Below are positions 10,372 through 18,390 of a stretch of 32,000 nt of DNA, in pieces. A program made the position numbers and the translations under genes. The notes under the pieces were generated by a model, which saw only the letters and a list, made by a program, of their open reading frames with translations, was not told where the DNA came from and did not search any database. Origin of the DNA: Acaryochloris marina S15 (lineage in GTDB: Bacteria; Cyanobacteriota; Cyanobacteriia; Thermosynechococcales; Thermosynechococcaceae); assembly GCF_018336915.1 (NCBI RefSeq), contig NZ_CP064923.1:3510001-3542000 (forward strand). The letters are read 5' to 3'. How positions within the stretch are numbered: the first letter of the stretch is position 1; every line of letters begins with the position of its first letter.

Positions 10372-11391
10372 ATGAATAACCTTGAGAATCTAAAATTTAA
10401 CCCAAAGATATTCTGGTCATTTTTGTTTATGTGCCTAGGGGGATGTTCGATGGCTAAAAAGCTTGATATTTCGCCTTCGCAAGTGCAACGTTCTCCATTG
10501 CCAATTCAGACTCCTAAACAACCTGAACAGCTGCAGCAACAGGTAATCCCTGTCTCTGCTGACAAAAACTTAAAGTCGGTACAGCCTTCTCAGTTAAAGG
10601 CTTCTAATGATGGTGTAGTGATGAATGCGATCGCAGGTTGGAACCGGGATTTGCAGGTCAAAGACGTATATTACGATTTGTATCTACCGCCACAATTACA
10701 AGAAAATCCCAATCCTCAGCGTCCCTGTTTAGTCGTTTTACCAGGCTGGGATTTCCCCCGGGCTAGCTGGGTGGAAAACACCAACTTAGTCGACTTTGCC
10801 GATCGGTATGGCTATGTGTTGTTGCTCCCTGAAATGGACAAGACCCTCTATGCCAGTGCCTACCATCCCGAAACCACCCTCAAGTGGAATAGCATTCCGG
10901 GGGGAGCATTCATCAAAACAGTGTTTATCCCCGCAATCCAGAAACGCCACCAACTACTCCTGCCGGGTCAACACAATACCCTGCTGGGTCTCTCTACTGG
11001 AGGCCGAGGGGTAGCTCTGATTGCCCTTGAAAATCCAGGACTATTTGTGGCGGGTGCCAGTTTGTCGGGAGACTTTAGCCAGGAGAATACCCCTGAAGAT
11101 CGACTGATGACTGCTCTGTATGGTTCTTTTTCTCAATTTCAATCCCGTTGGCTCGGTCGAGATAACCCGCAAGCTCGGGCTTCAGAATGGACCATGCCCA
11201 TATATCTGTCCCACGGCAAAGCAGATAACATTGTGCCAGAGTCTCAAAGTCGCCTATTTTTTGAAGCCATAAAACAGCAGCAATCGTCTGCAGTTGTGGA
11301 GTATCATCCAGTGGCTGGTGCAGGCCATGATTATCCCTATTGGGGAAGCCAATTAGAGGCCGTTTTCAAGTTTATTGACCAGCCCCGATAG
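10372..11391 (+). CDS. Alpha/beta hydrolase (putative esterase family), probable lipoprotein
   Basis: N-terminal signal with lipobox-like FLFMCLGGC. Nucleophile elbow GLSTGG (GxSxG). C-terminal HGKADNIVP and GHDYPYW are consistent with an Asp/His triad. Confidence 0.75.
   Translation: MNNLENLKFNPKIFWSFLFMCLGGCSMAKKLDISPSQVQRSPLPIQTPKQPEQLQQQVIPVSADKNLKSVQPSQLKASNDGVVMNAIAGWNRDLQVKDVYYDLYLPPQLQENPNPQRPCLVVLPGWDFPRASWVENTNLVDFADRYGYVLLLPEMDKTLYASAYHPETTLKWNSIPGGAFIKTVFIPAIQKRHQLLLPGQHNTLLGLSTGGRGVALIALENPGLFVAGASLSGDFSQENTPEDRLMTALYGSFSQFQSRWLGRDNPQARASEWTMPIYLSHGKADNIVPESQSRLFFEAIKQQQSSAVVEYHPVAGAGHDYPYWGSQLEAVFKFIDQPR
10627..10634. repeat. HIP1 octamer GCGATCGC
   Basis: Perfect GCGATCGC read directly from the sequence. 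Confidence 0.9.
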
Positions 11392-11422
11392 TCTGGCTGT
11401 TTCGAATGTTCCTGTTGAACAC

Positions 11423-12760
11423 ATGCGCATTGTTGCCTATCTCTACCAGGACTTAACGTGGGAAACAAAGTTAGAACCCACCATTTGGGGATGGGAAGTG
11501 GATCGGGTTTATCAGGATTTAGATTGGCGACGGTCCCAACTCACGGCGCTACTAGCGGACTGTCAGACTGAAATACCTGACTATTTACTGGTGATACGGC
11601 TGGAAGATTTGGGAGAATCCCTGAGCCAGGTCACAGAGAATTTAGTGCAGCTTGAAGGACTAGACATCTGCATTGTTGCGATTGAGCAAGACTACCAATC
11701 TCCAAATTTCAAGCCAGGGCTGGCAACTCTTGATCAGAATGGTGCAGAAAGTGCCGATTCATCCCAGCTTTTGGTGTTACTAGAGGCAATTCAAGCAGAG
11801 CAGCGCAGTCGGCGCATTCGCCATGGCCATGCCCAAAACCGGATCAAACGACGTCCGCCCCCAGGGAAAGCTCCCTATGGCTATAAGCGAGGCAAAGATC
11901 GATATGTGATCGATCGCACGGTTTCTCCAGTAGTAAAAGACTTTTTCGAACATTTCCTCCTCTATGGATCTTTGCGTGGGTCTGTGCGGCATATTGCCAA
12001 GAAGCATGGCAAAAAGATATCGGTTTCTACTGGACGGCGATGGCTGACCAATCCCGTTTATCGGGGAGACTTAACCTACCAAAACCAACAGGTAGTGATG
12101 GACACCCATACGCCCCTGCTTTCCCGAGAAGAAGGAGCCCAAGTAGATCGGCTTCTGCGCCGCAACCGCAGTATGACGCCTAGGGCTGCGAGTGCACCTC
12201 GATCTCTTTCAGGAATTGTATTTTGCGCCACCTGTCAATCTCCCATGACCATCTCGCGAGTCATGCCCCGAGGTAAAGGCAAGGAATATCTCTACCTACG
12301 GCCAACGAAGTGTCCTGAAAAGCCGAGATGTCAGGCGATTTCCTATGACAAGATTTTGCAGAAAACGATTCAATCCATTTGTGAAGAACTTCCCCAGGCA
12401 GTGGCTGGGGTCAACCAACCGATCCTGAATCAATTTAAACAAGGTGTAGATACTGAAATTGCAGCAAAACAAGCCATTTTGTCTCAATTACCTGCACTGG
12501 TCGAAACCAAAGTTTTGGACCAATCTACAGCCGATTTACGAGCCTACAATGTGCAAACTGAAATTGCAGAGTTAAAAAGTCGATTGGCTCAACTCCCCCC
12601 GGTGAACTTAAAGGAAATTGCCCAAACCGTATCCATCGATCAGTTTTGGATGGATCTATCAGAATCTGAACGACGCTTTTATTTTCGAGAGTTTATTCGC
12701 CAGGTGGATCTGATTCGAGATGGCAAAGACTGTGATATCAAACTAAATTTCATGTTTTGA
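11423..12760 (+). CDS. Large-serine-recombinase-like protein (resolvase-like N-domain, recombinase domain, Zn ribbon, coiled coil) lacking the catalytic Ser and Arg residues
   Basis: ORF 11375..12760, with a TTG track start; ATG at 11423 gives MRIVAYLYQDL.... The recombinase domain is recognisable (PPPGKAPYGYKRGKDRYVIDRTVSPVVKDFFEHFL, RRWLTNPVYRGDL, THTPLLSREE). A Zn ribbon (FCATCQSP...CPEKPRC) and a C-terminal coiled coil are present. The N-domain has YLYQDL where YxRVS(T/S) is expected, and RLEDLGES where LDRLxRS is expected. Confidence 0.7.
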   Translation: MRIVAYLYQDLTWETKLEPTIWGWEVDRVYQDLDWRRSQLTALLADCQTEIPDYLLVIRLEDLGESLSQVTENLVQLEGLDICIVAIEQDYQSPNFKPGLATLDQNGAESADSSQLLVLLEAIQAEQRSRRIRHGHAQNRIKRRPPPGKAPYGYKRGKDRYVIDRTVSPVVKDFFEHFLLYGSLRGSVRHIAKKHGKKISVSTGRRWLTNPVYRGDLTYQNQQVVMDTHTPLLSREEGAQVDRLLRRNRSMTPRAASAPRSLSGIVFCATCQSPMTISRVMPRGKGKEYLYLRPTKCPEKPRCQAISYDKILQKTIQSICEELPQAVAGVNQPILNQFKQGVDTEIAAKQAILSQLPALVETKVLDQSTADLRAYNVQTEIAELKSRLAQLPPVNLKEIAQTVSIDQFWMDLSESERRFYFREFIRQVDLIRDGKDCDIKLNFMF

Positions 12761-12781
12761 GAAGTATTCCAGGCAAAGACT

Positions 12782-12818
12782 TTTAATAAGTAAAATACTT
12801 AAGGATCTACTTATTAAA
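12782..12818. terminator. 11-bp perfect inverted repeat between convergent genes; candidate bidirectional terminator
   Basis: tTTAATAAGTA (12782..12792) and TACTTATTAAa (12808..12818) with a 15-nt loop. It lies between the recombinase-like stop (12760) and the DUF2059 stop (12826). The stem is AT-rich, so it is weak. Confidence 0.35.
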
Positions 12819-12825
12819 TATAAAG

Positions 12826-13692
12826 TTAGGGTTTTGTCTCATTGCTAGTTTCTTTTGGGTTGGATTTGGAAGATTCAGGTCCAAATTCTTCTTGCATAAT
12901 TTCTTGCAAGAGCTGAGTGATTTCTGGTAGCAAAATATCGTTGGATTGAGCCAATGCTTCTTTAGTCAATTGAGGCAAAGTTGCGATCGCTTTTCGTCCT
13001 GTCGGCGTTTGATAGAACTTGATTAAGTCTTTTAGCTCTTTCTCTGTATAGTACTTGGCATACAGATTCGTGCTAATTTCCTCAGTTATTTCACCAATGT
13101 TGATCCTACTGGGTAATAATTCTCGATAACGCTGCACCATTCGTTGGGTGGTGGCCGTAACGCGGTTGAGCAGTTTATCTCCTTGTAACTGGGTGCGATC
13201 GCGAATGACATTCGCCAACACCTTCGGCAATGTTTCCTCCATATTCGCCAACATGGCCTCTAGGCGCTGCTCCGCATTTTTTTTCTGCTCCGTAATCCTC
13301 AACAGCCGCTGAATCAGAGCTAATTTTTTGGCAGAAGGGGGGGCTACAGTTTCTTTAGGCAGGGTAGTTTTCTTGGGTTTGCCCTTGGAATCACTGTTCT
13401 GGGTATCTAAGGTCGGTATAGCCGATTTGGTATCCTTCGATTTCGTCTCAGAAGCAGCGGGGGTTTGCTGATCCAGATCGGGGGATGACGACTCTTTTGA
13501 TTTCTCTGTTGATGGGGCAGCTGGCTCAACAGTTGCAGCATCTTCCTGAATGGAGGTTGTCTGCTCTTCCGCCTTCACCTCAACGGGGATACCTATTGGA
13601 GTACCCAGCATTGTCATCGATAGACCCAATAACCCAATTCTCACACCCCAAGATTGAACCAAAATGCCTGCACTCCTGATAACCGTAAACAA
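12826..13692 (-). CDS. DUF2059 domain-containing secreted protein
   Basis: Hydrophobic N-terminus, then a long low-complexity S/T/K/P/E linker. The C-terminal part, YAKYYTEKELKDLIKFYQTPTGRKAIATLPQLTKEA, matches the DUF2059 pattern. The track start is TTG; an in-frame GTG at 13644 (VRIGLLGLSMTML...) is an alternative start. Confidence 0.7.
   Translation of the reverse strand: MFTVIRSAGILVQSWGVRIGLLGLSMTMLGTPIGIPVEVKAEEQTTSIQEDAATVEPAAPSTEKSKESSSPDLDQQTPAASETKSKDTKSAIPTLDTQNSDSKGKPKKTTLPKETVAPPSAKKLALIQRLLRITEQKKNAEQRLEAMLANMEETLPKVLANVIRDRTQLQGDKLLNRVTATTQRMVQRYRELLPSRINIGEITEEISTNLYAKYYTEKELKDLIKFYQTPTGRKAIATLPQLTKEALAQSNDILLPEITQLLQEIMQEEFGPESSKSNPKETSNETKP
12983..12990. repeat. HIP1 octamer GCGATCGC
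   Basis: Perfect GCGATCGC read directly from the sequence. Confidence 0.9.
13195..13202. repeat. HIP1 octamer GCGATCGC
   Basis: Perfect GCGATCGC read directly from the sequence. Confidence 0.9.
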
Positions 13693-13845
13693 CGTATGGG
13701 TGCCAGTTTAGCAATTCCTTAATGGCATCATTATTTTGCCTCCAATGGTTAGAGTATTTAACTCTATTACAGGTTCATTTCAAGCGAAGTTCTGGTCCAA
13801 AAGACTCTTAGAATTAAGCCATAGGTTGTATTTAAGATCCTGACC

Positions 13846-14511
13846 ATGCCTAAGACTCCATCCCAAGCCAGTACCGCATGGCATAGCCCACTATGGTACC
13901 AACGTTTTTTTGCCTGGGCTATGGCTACGGCTGCCCAGGGTTATGAAACGAAAATGGCCGATCGCAAACGACAACTGTTTGAAAATTTACAAGGGGAAGT
14001 CTTAGAACTGGGTCCCGGTGCAGGGCCAAACCTGCCTTATTTCAAACCTCATATTCATTGGTTAGGACTAGAACCCAATCCCTATATGCACCCTTACCTC
14101 CAGCAGCAAGCGGATGAGTTAGGGCTAAATATTGAGGTACAGACTACGACTCTAGCCGACATTGCTATTTCCGATAACAGCAAGGATGTCGTCTTATGTA
14201 CTCTGGTTCTCTGTTCAGTCCCAGATTTAGAGTCAACGGTTCAAGATATTCTGCGGGTGCTGAAGCCGGGGGGGCAGTTTCTGTTTATAGAACATGTCAT
14301 GGCTCCCGCTGGTAGTTTTCTGCGCCAAGTCCAAACGGGCCTTTGTCCTCTTTGGCAGGTGATAGGTGATGGCTGCCGCTTAGATCGAGAGACCGGTAAG
14401 GTGATTGAATCTGCTGGATTTGCCAATGTCGATTATCAAACCTTTGAAGCGCCTGTCCCTATTGCTGTCGTCAAACCCCACATTATGGGTGTGGCGACTA
14501 AAGCCTCTTAA
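13846..14511 (+). CDS. Class I SAM-dependent methyltransferase
   Basis: SAM-binding motif I VLELGPGAGPN, plus post-I/II-like DVVLCTLVLCSV and LKPGGQFLFIEH. Confidence 0.85.
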   Translation: MPKTPSQASTAWHSPLWYQRFFAWAMATAAQGYETKMADRKRQLFENLQGEVLELGPGAGPNLPYFKPHIHWLGLEPNPYMHPYLQQQADELGLNIEVQTTTLADIAISDNSKDVVLCTLVLCSVPDLESTVQDILRVLKPGGQFLFIEHVMAPAGSFLRQVQTGLCPLWQVIGDGCRLDRETGKVIESAGFANVDYQTFEAPVPIAVVKPHIMGVATKAS

Positions 14512-14616
14512 TCCTCACAACTTCCTCAAACTCTTTGTTTAATTTGGATATATCGGATAGAGGGGAGAGCTAAATCCCCATCAAGCTTATTTTGGTTGAT
14601 ATCGGGAGGATTTCTC

Positions 14617-14730
14617 ATGAATACAATCCGTCGCCAGGATAATTTCTGGCACCGTGACCCCTATGGAACAGTATTTTCAGGTTTGCTTATGCTGTTATTT
14701 CTGATTTTTTCCATCGCATCACTTTTTTAA
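14617..14730 (+). CDS. Candidate small membrane protein, 37 aa, below the ORF-track length cutoff
   Basis: ATG at 14617 is preceded by GGGAGGA (14604..14610) with 6-nt spacing. Translation: MNTIRRQDNFWHRDPYGTVFSGLLMLLFLIFSIASLF*, a polar N-terminus followed by one TM-length hydrophobic segment. It lies directly upstream of, and co-oriented with, the second pentapeptide-repeat gene. Confidence 0.45.
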   Translation: MNTIRRQDNFWHRDPYGTVFSGLLMLLFLIFSIASLF

Positions 14731-14814
14731 AGGGGGTGATGCAGGACGGAGAGGGTGAATCTATCTGGAGAGGAGATTCGCCCTCTCGATGGCAAGCATG
14801 CAGAGGGAAAGCTT

Positions 14815-15291
14815 ATGAATTCAACTCAACTGTTACGAGACTATGGTTCTGGACAACGTGGTTTCCAGAATGCCTATTGCCATCAGATTGATCTGCGGGG
14901 CGCAGCCTTAAGTCAGATTCATTTGAGTGGGGCTGATCTGAGTCAAGCTGATTTAGCCAGTACAAACCTGAATGGTGCCAATTTGAGTTGCGCCAATTTG
15001 ACGGATGCTGATTTGAGTCAAGCTGATCTTCGCAGTGCCAATTTGAGTCAGGTTAACTTGATTGGCGCTGATTTAAGTGGTGCAAAATTGGGGCGGGTTA
15101 ATCTCAAAGGGGCTGATTTGCGGTGTGCGAACCTTAGCCATGCCGATTTTACTGGGGCTTGTTTGGATGGAGCCGAATTGAGTGGTGCCGAGTTAAATGG
15201 AGCCAACATTACCCAAGCAGAATTAAGCCAAACAGCTCGACACAGTGGTGAACCCCACCAATGGGTGAGTTGGGCAGGAAGCCACCAGTAG
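14815..15291 (+). CDS. Pentapeptide repeat protein
   Basis: ORF 14755..15291, with a GTG track start. ATG at 14815 is preceded by AGAGGGA with 6-nt spacing. It gives MNSTQLLRDYGSGQRGF, which parallels the N-terminus of the other pentapeptide-repeat protein (MTAEELMERYAAGERDF). The body is very regular A(D/N)LSx repeats with 15-nt periodicity in the DNA. Confidence 0.9.
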   Translation: MNSTQLLRDYGSGQRGFQNAYCHQIDLRGAALSQIHLSGADLSQADLASTNLNGANLSCANLTDADLSQADLRSANLSQVNLIGADLSGAKLGRVNLKGADLRCANLSHADFTGACLDGAELSGAELNGANITQAELSQTARHSGEPHQWVSWAGSHQ

Positions 15292-15401
15292 GTTAATACT
15301 CTATCTCCCTACCTGGACTAAGTTATGACCTCTGAATTCGGTTTTGAATAACCGTTATATTGAGGAAATGGCATAGCCTCACGAAGTGTAGGGAGATTTG
15401 G

Positions 15402-16046
15402 GTGAAGACAGTCTACAAAGACAATTGGTTTGATCGGGCCTTTATCTGGTTGTTCTCAGTAAAGATGGCCCAGGTGGTGGGCAAAGAAAGTGAACTAGCG
15501 GGTTATGAAGGGCTGGTTGATCTGTCTGTACAAATTATGCGAGGCCGAAATGCTAAGCAGCAGCAGGAAGCCTTGGCTACGGTATTGCGATCGCTCATCC
15601 CCAGCTTTGTCTTACTCGGGATCCGCACTCTGTTTAATCCTACTAAGCGCATCCTCGAATGGAATGCTTGGTTTGCCAGCCGGATGTTTACCTGGCTGGT
15701 GGGTCCCTGCGATCTGACGGAGGTGGAAGTCGAAGGCGAGAACGGGCAACTCCGCACGCAACGAAGTGGTCTCCACATTCAAAAATGTCGCTATCTAGAG
15801 GAAAGTGGCTGTGTGGGCATGTGTGTGAATATGTGCAAGTTACCCACCCAAGACTTTTTTGCCAAGGAGTTTGGCTTTCCCCTGACTCTAACCCCGAACT
15901 TTGAAGACTTGAGCTGTGAAATGGTGTTTGGTCATGCTGCACCTGCTATCGAGGAAGAAGCGGTCTATAACCAACCCTGCCTAGTGGGTGAATGCCAGAT
16001 TGCTCAACCCAAAGCCCCGGCCTGCCCACAGATGAGAACGTCTTGA
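15402..16046 (+). CDS. DWARF27-like (DUF4033) protein, putative carotenoid isomerase family
   Basis: YKDNWFDRAFI near the N-terminus. The C-terminal block KCRYLEESGCVGMCVNMCKLPTQDFFAKEFGFPLTLTPNFEDLSCEMVFG is the D27 signature as I remember it. The start is uncertain: the track uses TTG 15360, and I prefer GTG 15402 because AGGGAGA (15390..15396) lies 5 nt upstream. Confidence 0.75.
   Translation: MKTVYKDNWFDRAFIWLFSVKMAQVVGKESELAGYEGLVDLSVQIMRGRNAKQQQEALATVLRSLIPSFVLLGIRTLFNPTKRILEWNAWFASRMFTWLVGPCDLTEVEVEGENGQLRTQRSGLHIQKCRYLEESGCVGMCVNMCKLPTQDFFAKEFGFPLTLTPNFEDLSCEMVFGHAAPAIEEEAVYNQPCLVGECQIAQPKAPACPQMRTS
15587..15594. repeat. HIP1 octamer GCGATCGC
   Basis: Perfect GCGATCGC read directly from the sequence. 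Confidence 0.9.
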
Positions 16047-16137
16047 ATGTATTCTCCGCTATAACTTCTAAGGGTCGTTGGAAGTTAGAAGATTCGGAAC
16101 CCTATTGGTTGAATGTTGCTCAAAGAAAGCAAGAATC

Positions 16138-16935
16138 CTAGCTGATTTGATATGTCCATATCTCAAACTGGGCTTCTGACAATATCTCAGTTGTTAATGA
16201 GCTATAGTGCCTAAGGCAAAACGCCTCAAACTCATTCAGTGCCTGTTCAAATTCTTCATCTGATGAACGCCAACACAAACCGTAGGCTCGTACCTTCAGA
16301 AAACCAAGCAGCTCCTCAACCGTATTACTCACCAACCATTTTTTAGCAACTGCATAATTGGATCGATATCCTTTTTTACTGAAATAGTCCTCTACGCTAA
16401 TCTCTCGGTTGCCCGTATGTCTGGGAGAAGAAGCGGGTGTATTGGTGCCCTTCGCCAAAATAGCTTTGAAGTAGGACTCAAACTCCATACGGGCAGGTGG
16501 TGTGATCCATTGGGCATTCAAATAGAATCCTCCAGACTTGAGGACTCGTTCTATCTCATCAAGAAATCGCTGCCAGTGAGAGACGGTATGCACCATATGG
16601 ACCGTCAGGACAACATCAAAACTGTGATCGGGGAAAGAGAGATGAGAGGCATCTGCCTGAATCAGGGTCAAATTTGGGGGAATGCCCTTCAGCTTATTGC
16701 TAAATTGATCAAGCATTTCCTGGGAAATATCTATACCAGTGACAGAATAGCCCCGTTTCACAAGGGGCAGGACATTCAAGCCAGTCCCCACCCCAGGCTC
16801 TAAAAAAGAGGTGTCAGGCTTGGCATTAATCAGCTCCACAATAAAATCTGCGACCTCTTCTGCCACTGACTCCGACATCCAGCGGGTTTGGTCGTAGATT
16901 GAAGCGATGTTGTCGTAGTAATTACCTTGACTCAT
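16138..16935 (-). CDS. Class I SAM-dependent methyltransferase
   Basis: Motif I FLEPGVGTGLN, followed by GIDISQEML, FDVVLTVHMVH and LKSGGFY. Confidence 0.85.
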   Translation of the reverse strand: MSQGNYYDNIASIYDQTRWMSESVAEEVADFIVELINAKPDTSFLEPGVGTGLNVLPLVKRGYSVTGIDISQEMLDQFSNKLKGIPPNLTLIQADASHLSFPDHSFDVVLTVHMVHTVSHWQRFLDEIERVLKSGGFYLNAQWITPPARMEFESYFKAILAKGTNTPASSPRHTGNREISVEDYFSKKGYRSNYAVAKKWLVSNTVEELLGFLKVRAYGLCWRSSDEEFEQALNEFEAFCLRHYSSLTTEILSEAQFEIWTYQIS

Positions 16936-17003
16936 ATTGCTGAATACTCAGAAGCACTCAGAGTTGATTAGAGCATCGTAAGCAAATGATTCCAAAACTA
17001 TGG

Positions 17004-17285
17004 CTAACCCCATTCATGTCCACATTGGTTGCACCGCAGTTTTGGGTTAGTATCCATCAGATCACACCCACCCAAGGAAATCAATCCCTTGTCCAAATTT
17101 TGCTTCATTTGATCGTCAAAACTGGGTAATCCATACAAGATCAGAGCTGTATCTTGAGCGTCACAACTAGGACATGGCGTTTGATGGATTTCAGCAAGAA
17201 ATTGGCGGTCGGCTGCAGCTTTTTCCTCTGCTTTAGCTTTAGCTTTTGCGGCGGCACGATATTTTTTACTATGGATTCTGGCCAT
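17004..17285 (-). CDS. Small hypothetical protein with a Lys/Ala-rich N-terminal tail and a CxxC...CxxC zinc-ribbon-like core
   Basis: 93 aa. Contains AAAKAKAKAEEKAAA, then CPSC ... C ... CNQCGHEW. It lies between cysH and a methyltransferase, all three on the minus strand with short gaps (54 and 68 nt). Confidence 0.55.
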   Translation of the reverse strand: MARIHSKKYRAAAKAKAKAEEKAAADRQFLAEIHQTPCPSCDAQDTALILYGLPSFDDQMKQNLDKGLISLGGCDLMDTNPKLRCNQCGHEWG

Positions 17286-17339
17286 GGTTCATCACAGGAG
17301 CTTGCCGTTGCTAACTTAGCTTTTGTGATGTGCAAACGC

Positions 17340-18068
17340 CTACAAAGAACTGGAATCTAAACTTTGAGACTCTTCAGGAGTTTGTGGCAAGTGCAAACCA
17401 CATTCTTCCTTGAGTCCTTGGAATCGGGTGGCGCGGTCATTTTCATCTTCTGCTCCGACCGGGCGGCTAGAATGCCAGTCTCCAACAGTGGTATAGCCTA
17501 AGTCAAAAAATGGATGATAGGGCAAATCATGGGCTTGTAGATATTGATAGATATCTTTAGAGTGCCAGTTTAATATGGGTAGAACTTTATAGAGTTCGCC
17601 TTGGGATTCCACTCGGCGCAAAGATTGCCGAAAGTTCGTTTGCTTACTGCGTAATCCAGCCAGCCATGCGGTGGCCTGTAATTCTTGTAAAGCCCGCTGC
17701 ATGGGTTCAACCTTCCGCATCTGATCGTACTGATTAAACGCTTTGACATCGTTGAATTCCCATAGCTTGCCGTAGAGGGCTTCCATGCGGGCGGGGCTGA
17801 TAAGGGACTGATACACCTTGAGGTTGAGTTTTAGGCGTTCAGCCAATTTCTCGGCAAATAAATAGGTTTGGGAGGGTAAATATCCCGTATCGATCCAAAT
17901 AACAGGTATATCAGGAACAACCTGCGTGACTAAATGCAGCATTACTGCTGCTTGGATGCCAAAGCTGGTACTCATCACTAAGCCATCCCCAAAGGTCTCA
18001 GCAGCCCAGCCGACGACATCTTCAGCAGATGCTTGATCAAACTTTTGGTTGATCTGATCTAAATCCAT
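17340..18068 (-). CDS. cysH: Phosphoadenosine phosphosulfate (PAPS) reductase-type CysH
   Basis: ORF 17340..18167. Contains [21 protein letters not shown] and the C-terminal catalytic ECGLH. It has one Cys in total, so the CC...CxxC Fe-S motif is absent. I prefer the start at M34 (18068, [10 protein letters not shown]...), which removes a low-complexity 33-aa extension. ATG 18167 remains possible. Confidence 0.88.
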   Translation of the reverse strand: MDLDQINQKFDQASAEDVVGWAAETFGDGLVMSTSFGIQAAVMLHLVTQVVPDIPVIWIDTGYLPSQTYLFAEKLAERLKLNLKVYQSLISPARMEALYGKLWEFNDVKAFNQYDQMRKVEPMQRALQELQATAWLAGLRSKQTNFRQSLRRVESQGELYKVLPILNWHSKDIYQYLQAHDLPYHPFFDLGYTTVGDWHSSRPVGAEDENDRATRFQGLKEECGLHLPQTPEESQSLDSSSL

Positions 18069-18390
18069 TTTTTTGCCCAAGGATCCCTTTTGATTGGAAC
18101 CAGTTGAAGTGCGGAGGCCATGGGGTTCCCTGCTTTGTTCAGAAGGGGAGGCATCAATTAAGGACATTACAATACCAACGCAGGTTCAAATTCTATTAGT
18201 ACCATGCTTTTTCTATCCGGGCTTGATGATTTATACAGTCCACCCTAGACGGATGCATCTATAGTTGAGGTTTAGATGTTTGAGGTTGTTCCTACCAACG
18301 CTAGACCCCATAGTGATGGCGTCATCTGGCCGGCTAGCTTTTGGAGCCAGCTTCACCATTGTCAGTTTCCAAAGTCTCTTCCATCGCATT

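Noticed and set aside
11375-12825. Possibility that the recombinase-like gene marks an integrated mobile element
   Set aside because: I found no flanking direct or inverted repeats and no adjacent phage or transposon genes. The gene is tightly packed against the esterase gene, and the only nearby repeat (12782..12818) is a simple inter-gene hairpin. Combined with the apparent loss of catalytic residues, a mobile-element call is not supported.
18171-18203. tRNA-like string aGGTTCAAATTCtattagtACCA in the cysH/ureE divergent spacer
   Set aside because: GGTTCAAAT resembles a T-loop and an ACCA follows. However, the flanking bases (GCAGG / TCTAT) cannot form a T-stem, and no acceptor, D or anticodon arms can be drawn. 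It is neither a tRNA nor a convincing tRNA fragment.
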